In this document: positions 31,466 to 41,900 of the stretch, in pieces
Position numbering within the stretch: the stretch's first letter is position 1
Layout: every line of letters begins with the position of its first letter
NCBI GenBank assembly: GCA_963727775.1
Contig: CAVSHB010000001.1
Coordinates: 1,088,001-1,152,000 of the forward strand
Reading direction: 5' to 3'
Length of the DNA: 64,000 bases
From: an uncultured Nitrospiraceae bacterium
Lineage (GTDB): Bacteria; Nitrospirota; Thermodesulfovibrionia; Thermodesulfovibrionales; SM23-35
Notes under the pieces: generated by a model
What the model saw: the letters and a program-made list of their open reading frames with translations, nothing else
Database searches by the model: none
Told to the model about the DNA's origin: nothing
Translations under genes and position numbers: made by a program

Positions 31466-32149
31466 TTATTTCTTGGTCTTCTTGTCAGAAGAACATTTCT
31501 GCAATATTTTGATGACCTCTGATCTTCCTTTTCTTTGAGCCTCTGACAAAGCAGTATTACCTTCCTTGTCTTTTTGCTTTATGTCCACGCCAAGTCGACA
31601 AAGAAGTTCTACGACTTCAGGACTGCCATGTATAGATGCCCACATCAGAACCGTTCGGTTATAATTGTCCCTCGCATTAATATTTGCCTTATGATCTATT
31701 AAGATTTTAACTATCTCAGGATAAGCCGTTGCACTCATTAAGGCAGTATTTTCCCCACATGTTGAATAATCGGGATTAGCGCCAAAATCCAATAACAATT
31801 TCACCAGCTTCACATAGCCATTGGCAGATGCTGTTGTTAAATATTCACCGTTAGGATTTTGTCCGAGTTCTAAAAAAAGCTTTGCAACATCATAATTATT
31901 GGAAACAACTGCTAATTCCAACGGAGTTGTGCCAAACTCATTTTTTACATTAATATCTGCACCTTCATTAAGTAACTTTTTTACCTCTTCTACGCTGCCT
32001 TCACACGATGCATTGAGTAGCAGATTATTCAAGTTAACAGATTCGCTTCCACCATAACTGACGCTATGAATATGTACTAACACAATGGCTGAAACAATTG
32101 TCAACAGCCTGCGCAATCCTATTCCTCCCATTGGCAGATTGTCATTCAT
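31466..32149 (-). CDS. Exported ankyrin-repeat protein
   Basis: N-terminal hydrophobic stretch then GTTPLELAV, ENTALMSA, RTVLMWAS, GNTALSEA repeats. Confidence 0.85.
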   Translation of the reverse strand: MNDNLPMGGIGLRRLLTIVSAIVLVHIHSVSYGGSESVNLNNLLLNASCEGSVEEVKKLLNEGADINVKNEFGTTPLELAVVSNNYDVAKLFLELGQNPNGEYLTTASANGYVKLVKLLLDFGANPDYSTCGENTALMSATAYPEIVKILIDHKANINARDNYNRTVLMWASIHGSPEVVELLCRLGVDIKQKDKEGNTALSEAQRKGRSEVIKILQKCSSDKKTKK

Positions 32150-32502
32150 GCAAGGATTATAGCATGCTCCAATGGAGACTATATAAAAAAATTAGTTTTG
32201 TAAGATTCTTTTGCGTATTGCCGGTCGTACTGTGGACCATTTTAGCAGCTTCAAAGGGCGTTGACTACAACAAGGAAGTAAACTTGCGCCTAGTTTCATC
32301 TTTTTTCGCATTACGTCTTTCGCCCTGTACTATGCATCACCTTTTTATTTGGTCCACCGCGCCTACAACTACTCAGAATTAGGAAGAAAACAAAATTGAA
32401 GATTTCGGTCACAAATGAATAGTGAGGTGCGCTCTACCTATGTTCAACTGTAGCGATTTGTATCTTATGCGGTGAGCTGCCGAATTTTTCATCGCCTATA
32501 TA

Positions 32503-34125
32503 GAGTCTGTCCATAAACTACCGTTTCCTAATTTACGAACAGAAAACTGTCCCGGCAGTGCCGGCACCTGTTCGGATTGTGGTCCTTATACTTCAAAAAG
32601 CATGCTGTCGTCATATTTTTCATGATTTCGGACGTGGATATCCCTTTATGCTCCTTTTGTGATCTGCCTTTCGCCTGTCTTCATTGCATCTGCGTTTGCA
32701 TCTTCGCAAGGAGCGCTCCTGTCATCACACGAATGTTGTAAACAATCACGTTCCAGTACACCTTGGCATCAAATCGCGCCCTTGTCTTCCATTCGCACCG
32801 GTACAATTCAAAACCCCTTTTCAGATTCGAGATAACTGCTTCAATGCCGCTGCGCCATTTCTTCAGCCGCGTTTCCATGTTCGCGCTTCTGACGATGTTC
32901 TTAAGCGACCCTTTTATCTTATTGAAGACGATGTTGACGATCCCTTTCCCATGCGCTATCCTCGCATTGTCCTTTGAGGCATAGCCGCCGTCAGTCACCA
33001 TATCACGGGGGATTATCTTATAGTTATCCTTGAGACGATCTATCACTGCCCCATAAAGTGTTGCGTCGGCAGGGTTGCCCTCCAGCACCTTGCAATCAAG
33101 TATCAGATTGCTACGGCCTGTCGCAAGGTTTATCTTATGTCCAAATTCTACTTCTCTCCTCCCCTTCACTATGATGTCCGTATGGTCTTCATAGATCGAA
33201 AATATCTTCTCTTCGTTCGGCACAGCCTCCCCAAGGATCTCATGTCGCCGGGAGATGTCATATACTTTCTCCGCCTTCGGCAACACGTCTTTCAGTTCTT
33301 TCCTTGCCGCCTCTGCAATTATCCAGCCTTCTATCGTTTTGGGCAGTTCTGCTGTTAATGCCCTCTCTGCCTGGTTGATGCTGCTGCGAAGCAGCTTCAG
33401 TTGTTTCTTGAATTCCTCTTCCCGTTCCTCTTTAGCTTTGGTGTTATTGATCTTGTAATGGTTCTTCTTAGCCTGTTTCTTGTAGCTCCGTACCTTGATC
33501 TCCACTCCACTGGCCTTCAGTTTTTTCAATAGTCGATCTATGGTTTTGATGCAGTCCCATATCAATGAGTTGTTTGTCGGATAATGTATATTTGTCTCTA
33601 TTACGGTCCCGTCGGTCCGTATGCTTTTGCCGTCTTCAAGCCCTTCGCCTATTGCGGTTTTATTGATCGCTACCATCACCTTATCCAGCGCTTCTCCGCT
33701 TATCCGGGATATGTATTTCTGATACGCCTCAAAGGAAAACGGCTTCCGGTCGTCAAGTTTGATAAATACCGCGCACATCCTGGAATCATGTTGCGCATGC
33801 TCAAGCTCACGATAGGTCAGGTTTTTCATCTCTTTGTATATCGCCGCCCTCACTATCTGTTCCACTGTCGGCATGTCCTGCCTGCCGAGACTGCTGCTTT
33901 CTTTGCCCTTGGTTATGTCATCCTTCACTATTTCGTATATCTCAGGATGCTGGTTCAGTATCGTGTCCATTACAGCCAGTTCCGGATTCAAGGCCCACAG
34001 CTCTTTTTCAAATTGCAGTTTCAGTTCCTTCAACAGTTTCAAGGCTTCCTCCACGTTTCTTATTTCCTCTGCAATTTTACCATTTCTCTTTTTGTTTCCT
34101 ATAGTTATAATTTATGGACAGACTC
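32503..34125 (-). mobile_element. ISNCY/IS5-like insertion sequence
   Basis: Perfect 15-bp terminal inverted repeats GAGTCTGTCCATAAA (32503-32517 / 34111-34125) flanked by TATATA on both sides. Confidence 0.9.
32681..34054 (-). CDS. DDE transposase (ISNCY/IS5-like)
   Basis: RTDGTVIETNIHYPT, KIFSIYE.HT, VEFGHK, DGGYAS, WRSGIEAVISNLKR. Confidence 0.9.
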   Translation of the reverse strand: MEEALKLLKELKLQFEKELWALNPELAVMDTILNQHPEIYEIVKDDITKGKESSSLGRQDMPTVEQIVRAAIYKEMKNLTYRELEHAQHDSRMCAVFIKLDDRKPFSFEAYQKYISRISGEALDKVMVAINKTAIGEGLEDGKSIRTDGTVIETNIHYPTNNSLIWDCIKTIDRLLKKLKASGVEIKVRSYKKQAKKNHYKINNTKAKEEREEEFKKQLKLLRSSINQAERALTAELPKTIEGWIIAEAARKELKDVLPKAEKVYDISRRHEILGEAVPNEEKIFSIYEDHTDIIVKGRREVEFGHKINLATGRSNLILDCKVLEGNPADATLYGAVIDRLKDNYKIIPRDMVTDGGYASKDNARIAHGKGIVNIVFNKIKGSLKNIVRSANMETRLKKWRSGIEAVISNLKRGFELYRCEWKTRARFDAKVYWNVIVYNIRVMTGALLAKMQTQMQ

Positions 34126-34260
34126 TATATAATGTCACCAAGCCCATGCATCGAAATATATCCATGGATACATGAACGTGCAGTTGCCCAAGCCATCTGT
34201 AATCACTCTTTCCGACTCGGCACAGCTTAAGCTGAAAAAAAACGGGCAGAGTGGCGGGAC

Positions 34261-35091
34261 TTATAACTTATCCACTGCTTTGGGCACTGAGGGATATATA
34301 AGTCTGGTGTAGTGATCTGTCAACTGCTCTTTAAGAGATGAGTTATCGAAGTTATAGCCAAGAATTCTAATATCATCTCGATATGCGTCAGAGACTATCT
34401 CTATCATTTCATTGTCGTAATATGCCTTATAATCTTTTTCCCCTGAAGCTGTTTTATTTAAATGCATTAGTTCGGAACTGATGCCGATTCGATTGCTGAC
34501 ATGAGTAAAATCCTGATCTAGATTTTCAAAGTAACCAATAAAATCAACAACCGGCGTATTATCGCCCTTTATACAAATAAAGTCACGCTGAGCGCGAAAA
34601 TGAATATATTTTTTGATGTTGTCTGGAGTTACCCAGACCTTCACAAAGCTATCGAAATTTTTGTAGGCAGATAAATTTTCCTCATACCATTTCTTGTCTC
34701 TTTCGTTCAACCCTCCTGCCTTCAAAAAATAATATGCGTCTACAAGTCTATCCCATGGGTTCCGAACAAACGCAAATTTGAAATAACTATCAAATTCTTC
34801 TCGCCTAAAGATTACTCTGTAATCCGCTATGCTTAGGTGATTAATTCCAATATTGCCGAATAAGCTTCTACATATAGAGGTCCCTGCACATTTCGGAATA
34901 TGCACAAAGATACATCTGTGTTTATCAAATTCTTCCGATGAGAAACCAGCAAGACTTTCGAGTTTTAATAGATCTTGTAGTTTTCGAAACTTCTTTGAGC
35001 GACTACACCATAAATAATATAGTATAATCTCGCGCTGAATTGACGGCGGCAAACAGTGATATGATTGTCTGAAGATACTCGGTATCTGCAC
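34261..35091 (-). CDS. Sulfotransferase family 2 protein
   Basis: FVHIPKCAGTSI (5'-PSB), FAFVRNPWDRLV (3'-PB), FENLDQDF, YRDDI..LGY. Confidence 0.9.
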   Translation of the reverse strand: MQIPSIFRQSYHCLPPSIQREIILYYLWCSRSKKFRKLQDLLKLESLAGFSSEEFDKHRCIFVHIPKCAGTSICRSLFGNIGINHLSIADYRVIFRREEFDSYFKFAFVRNPWDRLVDAYYFLKAGGLNERDKKWYEENLSAYKNFDSFVKVWVTPDNIKKYIHFRAQRDFICIKGDNTPVVDFIGYFENLDQDFTHVSNRIGISSELMHLNKTASGEKDYKAYYDNEMIEIVSDAYRDDIRILGYNFDNSSLKEQLTDHYTRLIYPSVPKAVDKL

Positions 35092-35261
35092 AATTTAAAC
35101 TCATAGCAGATGATTCCGTGTTTGTCAATTGAATTGATAAATACCTTTCTCTTCATTGTTTCCAGTTGAACTGCGTACAAGTACATCTTGTTTAAAATGC
35201 ATTGATAACAGGAAGAATTAGCGGTAGTCTGATCACAAAGTCAAAAATCCGGATTAGCTTT

Positions 35262-35780
35262 TTATGGCTTATCCTGCTTTTCGAACCTCCCCTCATACTT
35301 CGCTCTGCCGATACACTTCTCAAAAATGAATTGACAGACTCTTGTCCCAGGATACAGAGCTAAACGAGTATGTCCCAGGTTCACGATTTCCAAAACCTGA
35401 TGGTTCGAAATGCCGGGATGCATGAAGCCTGCCGTTACATGGATAGCAAGGCCAAAACGTGCAAACCTACTCCTACCTTCAAGCCAGCCACAATAATTTT
35501 CTGCTAATGTAATCTTTTCTTTCGTTATCCCTAAAATCATTTCATCGGGCTTCACAATGATTGCCTTACCGTCTGGTATTGAAATAACCTCTGTGACATC
35601 CTCGAAGTTAGAATCATCCTTGACATGGTAAACGCCGGGATGTCTTTTGAATATCCTAAAATCGTTCCCTAACGTTAGATCAATAGAGCCGGCGCCTATC
35701 TGTGATTCCTCCAGAGGCTCTATCTTGATAAGTCCCTGGTCAATTGCTTTTTTGATCTCGTCTCGAGTGAGGATAGCCAT
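35262..35780 (-). CDS. dcd: dCTP deaminase
   Basis: ILT..EI, GSIDLTLG, EGRSRFARFGL, AGFMHPG, LEIVN, RVCQ. Confidence 0.9.
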   Translation of the reverse strand: MAILTRDEIKKAIDQGLIKIEPLEESQIGAGSIDLTLGNDFRIFKRHPGVYHVKDDSNFEDVTEVISIPDGKAIIVKPDEMILGITKEKITLAENYCGWLEGRSRFARFGLAIHVTAGFMHPGISNHQVLEIVNLGHTRLALYPGTRVCQFIFEKCIGRAKYEGRFEKQDKP

Positions 35781-36040
35781 AAAATTATATAGAAAGAATT
35801 CTGGAAGATTATAAGATAAGCGTCTACCTCTTTACAACCATGATGATCGTTGGCATAAAGTTATGAGCTACTAACTTTGGCTTAAAAGTAGGAATCGATC
35901 TCGAGTTATACCCACCACGCAATGACAGTGAATGTTTATAAGGCTATATAACTTTTTTTGCGGTGAACCATGTTTCGCCTGCTCTATATATGATAGAATT
36001 CTTAAAGCGGTTTATAAAACCTTTCGAAAAGGAGATTTGT

Positions 36041-36250
36041 ATGAACATTAATATTGATACACCCGAATTAATCACTCCGATCTCAGCTGCGGTTCTTTTG
36101 AACACCCTTCGCCTTGAAGAACTAATCGCCCTACAAAAGGGCCAATCATTTGATCAAAAGAAAGCCTTAGAATCCATTATCACGTTATGGTGCGATCTTA
36201 CATTGGCACTCCTTAAGAAGATGACGCCTGCACCGACCCCTAAGCTATAG
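36041..36250 (+). CDS. Hypothetical protein
   Basis: AAGGAG RBS, ATG 36041, 69-aa ORF directly upstream of the TauE gene. Confidence 0.45.
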   Translation: MNINIDTPELITPISAAVLLNTLRLEELIALQKGQSFDQKKALESIITLWCDLTLALLKKMTPAPTPKL

Positions 36251-36266
36251 TAACCGACGGGAAAAA

Positions 36267-37025
36267 TTGTATTTTAAAGCAGCTATTATTGGATGTCTAA
36301 CGGGGTTTATATCTGCTTTCTTTGGTATCGGAGGCAGTAGCATTGACACACCGTTATTGAGGCTATTTCTTAACCTCCCACCTTATAGCGCTCTTGGGAC
36401 ACCTCTGCCATTGACTTTATTAACAGCTACCATAGCATCATTTGCATATAGAAGAGAACACCTTGTAAATTTCAGGATTGCTTTATACAGTCTCGTTGGA
36501 GGAGTCCCGGGACTAATTGCAGGCTCTTATCTAACAACGTATCTTTCGGGAAAGTTCTTAATGCTCTTTACAGCATTTATACTCTTTTTTATGGGGATCG
36601 ATTTTTTTTATAACAATGTAATAGAAAAGATTTTTCACAAGAGGAATGTTTCTTCTTCTCCTCCTGCTTACTCTATAATCAGTGTTGCTATCGTCATAGG
36701 GCTTTTATCAGGGATTCTCGCTAACGGAGGAGGGATATTCTTTGTCCCTGCCTATATTGTGTTATTTCGAATGAAGATGAAAGAAGCTGTCGCCACATCA
36801 CTTCTGACGGTGGCTGTAATGTCTATTCCGGGAATGCTGATCCATTATCACCTCGGACACATTGATCTGGAAATAAGTGCTGCCATTGGCATCGGTGTTG
36901 CTCCTATGGCGTACATTGGAGCAAAGATGGATATCAAAACTCAATCAAAGACTATAAAGCTGCTCTTCGGGACACTGCTTATCACTTTCTCAATTTATTT
37001 TCTTATAAGCCAGTTGTGGTTTTGA
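36267..37025 (+). CDS. TauE/SafE (TSUP) family transporter
   Basis: Duplicated GIGG / ANGGG...P motifs, AVATSL, multiple TM segments. Confidence 0.88.
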   Translation: MYFKAAIIGCLTGFISAFFGIGGSSIDTPLLRLFLNLPPYSALGTPLPLTLLTATIASFAYRREHLVNFRIALYSLVGGVPGLIAGSYLTTYLSGKFLMLFTAFILFFMGIDFFYNNVIEKIFHKRNVSSSPPAYSIISVAIVIGLLSGILANGGGIFFVPAYIVLFRMKMKEAVATSLLTVAVMSIPGMLIHYHLGHIDLEISAAIGIGVAPMAYIGAKMDIKTQSKTIKLLFGTLLITFSIYFLISQLWF

Positions 37026-37241
37026 ATGTTTGAAGTTCCCCGTGCCAATTCCGATAAATTTATAAAATATTAAGCGCAGGCTTTCATGCCATCAGATATC
37101 CATCTACTTATATATATCGCCCAGTGGCGCCGCTCAATATAAGAATGTATGGATCTGTCGAATTAGTGTATACTTTTAGTAGTGTGCATCCTGAAACTCA
37201 GGAATTAATACTAAAGATCCGTAAACATAAGGAGAAGAACG

Positions 37242-37526
37242 ATGGCAGAAAAGAAGAAAAAAACTGTAAAAGAAGGGACCTCTAACTCAGGATTTATGAA
37301 GCCTATGAAACCGAGCGAGGCACTGGCTAAGATAGTGGGGAATGAACCCTTGCCAAGGTCGGAAATGACCAAGAAGCTATGGGAATATATCAAGAAGAAT
37401 AATCTCCAGGATGCAGAGAATAAGAGGAATATCAATGCGGATGAGAACCTCCTGGCGGTATTCGACGGGAAGAAGCAAGTCTCAATGTTCGAGATGACTA
37501 AATTAGTCAATAAACATCTTAGCTAA
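37242..37526 (+). CDS. SWIB/MDM2 domain protein
   Basis: FMKPMKPSEALAKIVG..PRSEMTKKLWEYIKKNNLQD..NKRNINAD. Confidence 0.92.
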   Translation: MAEKKKKTVKEGTSNSGFMKPMKPSEALAKIVGNEPLPRSEMTKKLWEYIKKNNLQDAENKRNINADENLLAVFDGKKQVSMFEMTKLVNKHLS

Positions 37527-37604
37527 TAGTCAATTATTGAATCTTAAAAGCGTTAGAACTTTGGAACCCCGAAATGAGGGATGCGCCCCTGATGTGATCT
37601 GACC

Positions 37605-38303
37605 GTGCAGATTCCTCCCTATCTTGTGAACGAGCATTATGACGATCGCTATTTCGATGTAGTCAATGCAATTGAAGAAGCGAAACGCATCTTTTTTCAG
37701 GGTGCCGGCATCATGGATATCCTTTCTGCCACAGGGCCGGGTAGGAAAGAATTCAGAATAGGTGAAACAGGCTTCGGCGCAGGCCGTCTACTCATTGCAC
37801 TCATGGATTTTCTGGACGATTGCGGCATCATGGACTTAGCGATTACCTACAATTCCGTTGAACTGCATCCGGTCACTTCTGAGCGAATGGCGTCCATTCT
37901 CGAAGGATTCAGACCAGAGGCCGGGCCGCTTATTGATCTGCTTGTCCGGACTTACAGCCGCATCGAAATTTCCAGACCGGGGTGGCACCGGATACAACTC
38001 ACCCGGCCTTTTGGCATCGTGACCTTAAACCTCTGGATTGGTGAGGCCCTCGAAATGGTACATGCACTCACAATTCCCTGTGACGCATGGTTTTTGGATG
38101 GTCATGGACCAAAGAAAAACCCTTCTATGTGGCGGAATGAGCTTCTTATGGCGATAGGAGAAAAAACAGTGACCGGCGGCACTATTGCGACCTTTACTGT
38201 TGCCGGAGTTGTTCGACGGGGACTTATCGCTGCGGGGTTTTCTGTCGAGCAGCGCCCTGGTTTTGGTGGGAAAAAAGCAGTGCTCAAGGGGCTAAAACTG
38301 TAG
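37605..38303 (+). CDS. mnmD: tRNA mnm5s2U34 methyltransferase (stand-alone MnmC2/MnmD domain)
   Basis: HYDDRYF, IGETGFGAG, DAWFLDG.GPKKNPSMW, ATFT.AG.VRRGL, PGFGGK. Confidence 0.85.
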   Translation: MQIPPYLVNEHYDDRYFDVVNAIEEAKRIFFQGAGIMDILSATGPGRKEFRIGETGFGAGRLLIALMDFLDDCGIMDLAITYNSVELHPVTSERMASILEGFRPEAGPLIDLLVRTYSRIEISRPGWHRIQLTRPFGIVTLNLWIGEALEMVHALTIPCDAWFLDGHGPKKNPSMWRNELLMAIGEKTVTGGTIATFTVAGVVRRGLIAAGFSVEQRPGFGGKKAVLKGLKL

Positions 38304-38837
38304 TCATAATAAATGTCGGTCATCAAGTCTGCATCCGCCGTCTTCCTCTCCTTCGTCCTCTTCCTCAATAACCACGAGCGTCAGACCGCAATCAGAGCAC
38401 TCAGTGTCACCTGCGCCCACAGGGGAACCGCAGGCCGGGCATTTACCCTGGCTGGCCAGTTCGTGAGAAGCCCGGAGTTCCGGATGCATTTTCCTGAAGT
38501 ATTCCGCGATGCTCTCCTGAGCCCTTTCAAGGTCCTCCGTAGATACGATCAGCCGGAATTTACCGCGGCAGCGGCCTTTATTGCAGCCGGCATCGGAAGT
38601 GACTGTGCAAGGAATACCGGCATCAATGAGAACGTTATAGAGTTCACCTAACCACTTCAGATCGCCCTCCCTGACAACGGCTGAGTTTTCAATAGCCTTC
38701 GCCGCCAGCCGCTTCTTTTCTTCCTGTGCCCTTTTATGCTCCTCGTGCAAGAGGAGGACCGCGCCGCAATCAGCGCATTTCTCGATATGCGGGAGATACT
38801 CAATTTCGCAATCAGGACATATCTTATTTCGGTTCAT
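38304..38837 (-). CDS. Double zinc-ribbon hypothetical protein
   Basis: CPDC..CADCG at the N-terminus and CPACG..CSDCG near the C-terminus. Confidence 0.7.
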   Translation of the reverse strand: MNRNKICPDCEIEYLPHIEKCADCGAVLLLHEEHKRAQEEKKRLAAKAIENSAVVREGDLKWLGELYNVLIDAGIPCTVTSDAGCNKGRCRGKFRLIVSTEDLERAQESIAEYFRKMHPELRASHELASQGKCPACGSPVGAGDTECSDCGLTLVVIEEEDEGEEDGGCRLDDRHLL

Positions 38838-38980
38838 GGTTTGGGATAAGGAAAGTAAAACTTATTTTCCGGCTTATTCTACTATATTAGCAGAGCTTGG
38901 AACAAATCTCATCAAATTGCATTATTTGCTCAATATTTTGCTATGATCTATTTAGAAAGAGTAGCGGGAGTAATAAAAAC

Positions 38981-41900
38981 ATGCCGAAAGAAGAAAAGCC
39001 GGATACTACCTCCAATAAAATTAAACATCCCGGTAATGAGACCGAATCATATTACCGCACAATATTTGAACAGTCCCCTGACGGCATGCTAATCATTGAT
39101 ACCATGGGAAAGATCATTGAATTCAATGAGGCAGCATGTCGACATCTCGGGTATTCCAGGGAAGAATTTTCAAAACTCAGCATATCCGATATCGATTCGG
39201 ACCAGACCCCTGAAGAAATAGAAGAGACTATTAAGAGGATTTTAAGAGATGGAAGGGCTGAGTTCGAAGTAAGACACAGGACAAAAAAAGGTGAAATAAG
39301 AAATGTTCTCGTTATTACGCAAGTGATCAACTTGTCCGGACGTACCGTCTTTAATTGCATTTGGAAAGATATCACCGATCGTAGGCGGGCAGATGCGGCA
39401 CTGCAAGCGAGTGAGAAACTGTACAGGCTTTTGGCAGAGAATTCAACCGACATCGTAACACGCCATTTGCCGGACAGTACATATCTTTATGTTTCCCCTG
39501 CATGTCGAACGTTATTTGGTTATGAACCTGAAGAATTGGTAGGCACAAAGGCCTTTGATCAGATACATCCGGAAGATGTCAACAGGGTCATAGCCCTTAC
39601 GCAAGAGGCCATTAAGACGGGTGGGACCAACATGGGACAATATCGCCACCGCAAAAAGGACGGAAGATATATTTGGGTGGAGACCGTCGGCAAAGTAATT
39701 AAGAATGCAGTAACAGGGAATGTTGAGGACATCATCTGTGTCGTCCGTGACATCACCAAACGCAAGCGTACAGAGGAAGAACTTCGAAAGATGAACCGAA
39801 CACTGCGGGCATTGAACAACAGCAGTCTCGCCATGATGCGCGCCAAAGATGAAACCTCTTATCTCAACGAAGTCTGCAGGATTATCGTTGAAGATTGCGG
39901 ACATGCTCTGGTCTGGATCGGCTATGCTGAAGAAGATGAAGGTAAGACCGTTCGTCCGGTAGCTTTTGCGGGTTTTGACGAAGGCTATATCAAAGCGTTG
40001 AATGTCACATGGGCTGATAAAGAACGCGGTCGGGGCCCTGTCGGCACTGCGATACGTACTGGACAACCATCAGTTTTCCGGAACATGCTTTCCGATCCCC
40101 GGTTCGCCCCATGGCGGGAAGATGCGCTCAAGCGTGGGTATACCGCTTCCGTCGGTCTTCCGCTTATAGCCGATGGAAAGGCTTTCGGCTCCATTACCAT
40201 CTATTCCAGAGACCCGGACCCCTTCTCTGATGAAGAAGTGAGATTGCTGGCTGATCTGGCTGATGATCTGGCTTATGGAATCAACTTAATACGGTTGCGT
40301 ACGACACATGTGAAGGCGGAGGAAGAACTTCGGCAGAGCGAAGAACATTATCGTACTTTGTTCGAGAACATGCTCAACGGATATGCCTATTGCAGGATGC
40401 TTTATGAGGATGGGGTACCACAGGACTTTATTTACCTCGATGTCAACCCGGCATTTGAGAAACTGACAGGGCTGAAGGATGTGGTCGGGAGAAAGGTATC
40501 GGAAGTTATTCCCGGAATACAGGAATCTGATCGGGAACTATTAGAGATTTACGGCAGGGTAGCTTATACAGGCATACCCGAGCGGATTGAGACCTATATT
40601 AAAGCCCTCGACATGTGGTTCTGGATATCGGTGTACAGTTCACAGAAAGAACACTTTGTTGCCGTATTTGATGTTATCACCGAGCGCAAAAAGGCTGAGG
40701 ATGAGTTAAGCCTATTCAAAACCCTGATAAATCAGGCAAATGACGCAATTTTTGTTATAGATCCTGTAACCGGCCGTTTTTTGGACGCAAATGCCAAGGC
40801 ATGCAACAATCTCGGATATGATCGGGAAGAGCTCTTTAAAATGACGGTTTTGGATATCGACGATATCGTTATCCCCGACATTGTATCATGGAAGGCCCAT
40901 GCCGATAATGTCAAAAATGAGGGGCACGTGTTCCTGGAGGGCAGGCACAAACGGAAGGATGGCACGACATACCCTGTTGAAGTGAATGTTAAATATGTAT
41001 CTCTTGAGAAAAGCGATTATATGGTAGCCGTGGCTCGCGATATCACCGAACGAAAGCAAGCAGAGGAGGCGTTGCAGAAGAGCGAAAAGAAATACAAAGA
41101 CCTCTTTGACTCTACCCTCGATGGGATCTATCAAATAGATGCCGACGGTGTCTTCATTCTGCTGAACCCCGCGGGGGCCAAGATGTTCGGCTACGAAAGT
41201 CCCGATGAGATAATCGGCAGAAAGGGCCTGGAATACTGGAGAGACCCTATGGACAGAGATGTCTTTAGGGAGGAACTGAAGATTAAGAAATCTGTGAGCG
41301 GTTACCATATGAAGCTTAAGAAAAAAAACGGGGAACCCATAGAATTTGAAACATCGAGCACCATAAAAGAGGATGAAAAAGGCGCTTTTCTTGGTATGGA
41401 GGGAATTCTGCGGGACGTAACAGAACGCCGGAAACTTGAAGACCAGCTTCTCCATGCCCAGAAGATGGAGGCTGTCGGACAGCTCGCAGGCGGCATTGCC
41501 CACGACTTCAATAATATCCTCACCGCAATGACGGGGTATGGTCATCTGCTGAAAATGAAGCTGAAAGAAGAGGACCCTTTAAGGAGTTATGCCGATAACA
41601 TCCTCTTATTATCAGATAAAGCGGCTAATTTGACCAAAAGCCTTCTTGCCTTCAGCAGGAAACAGATAATCAATCCAAGGCCGATAGATCTCAATGAGAT
41701 TATCAAAAGAATAGATCATTTACTATCAAGAATTATAGGGGAAGATATCCGCTTACAAACTACACTTTCAGAGAAAGCCCTGATTGTCATGGCAGACCCC
41801 GGGCAGGCAGAACAGGTATTGATGAACCTTGCAACGAATGCAAGGGACGCAATGCCTAAAGGCGGGATTTTGACTATCAGGACTGAAATTGTTGCTATTG

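Noticed and set aside
32160..32495. Long intergenic region as a riboswitch or toxin-gene remnant
   Set aside because: No recognisable riboswitch consensus or convincing reading frame.
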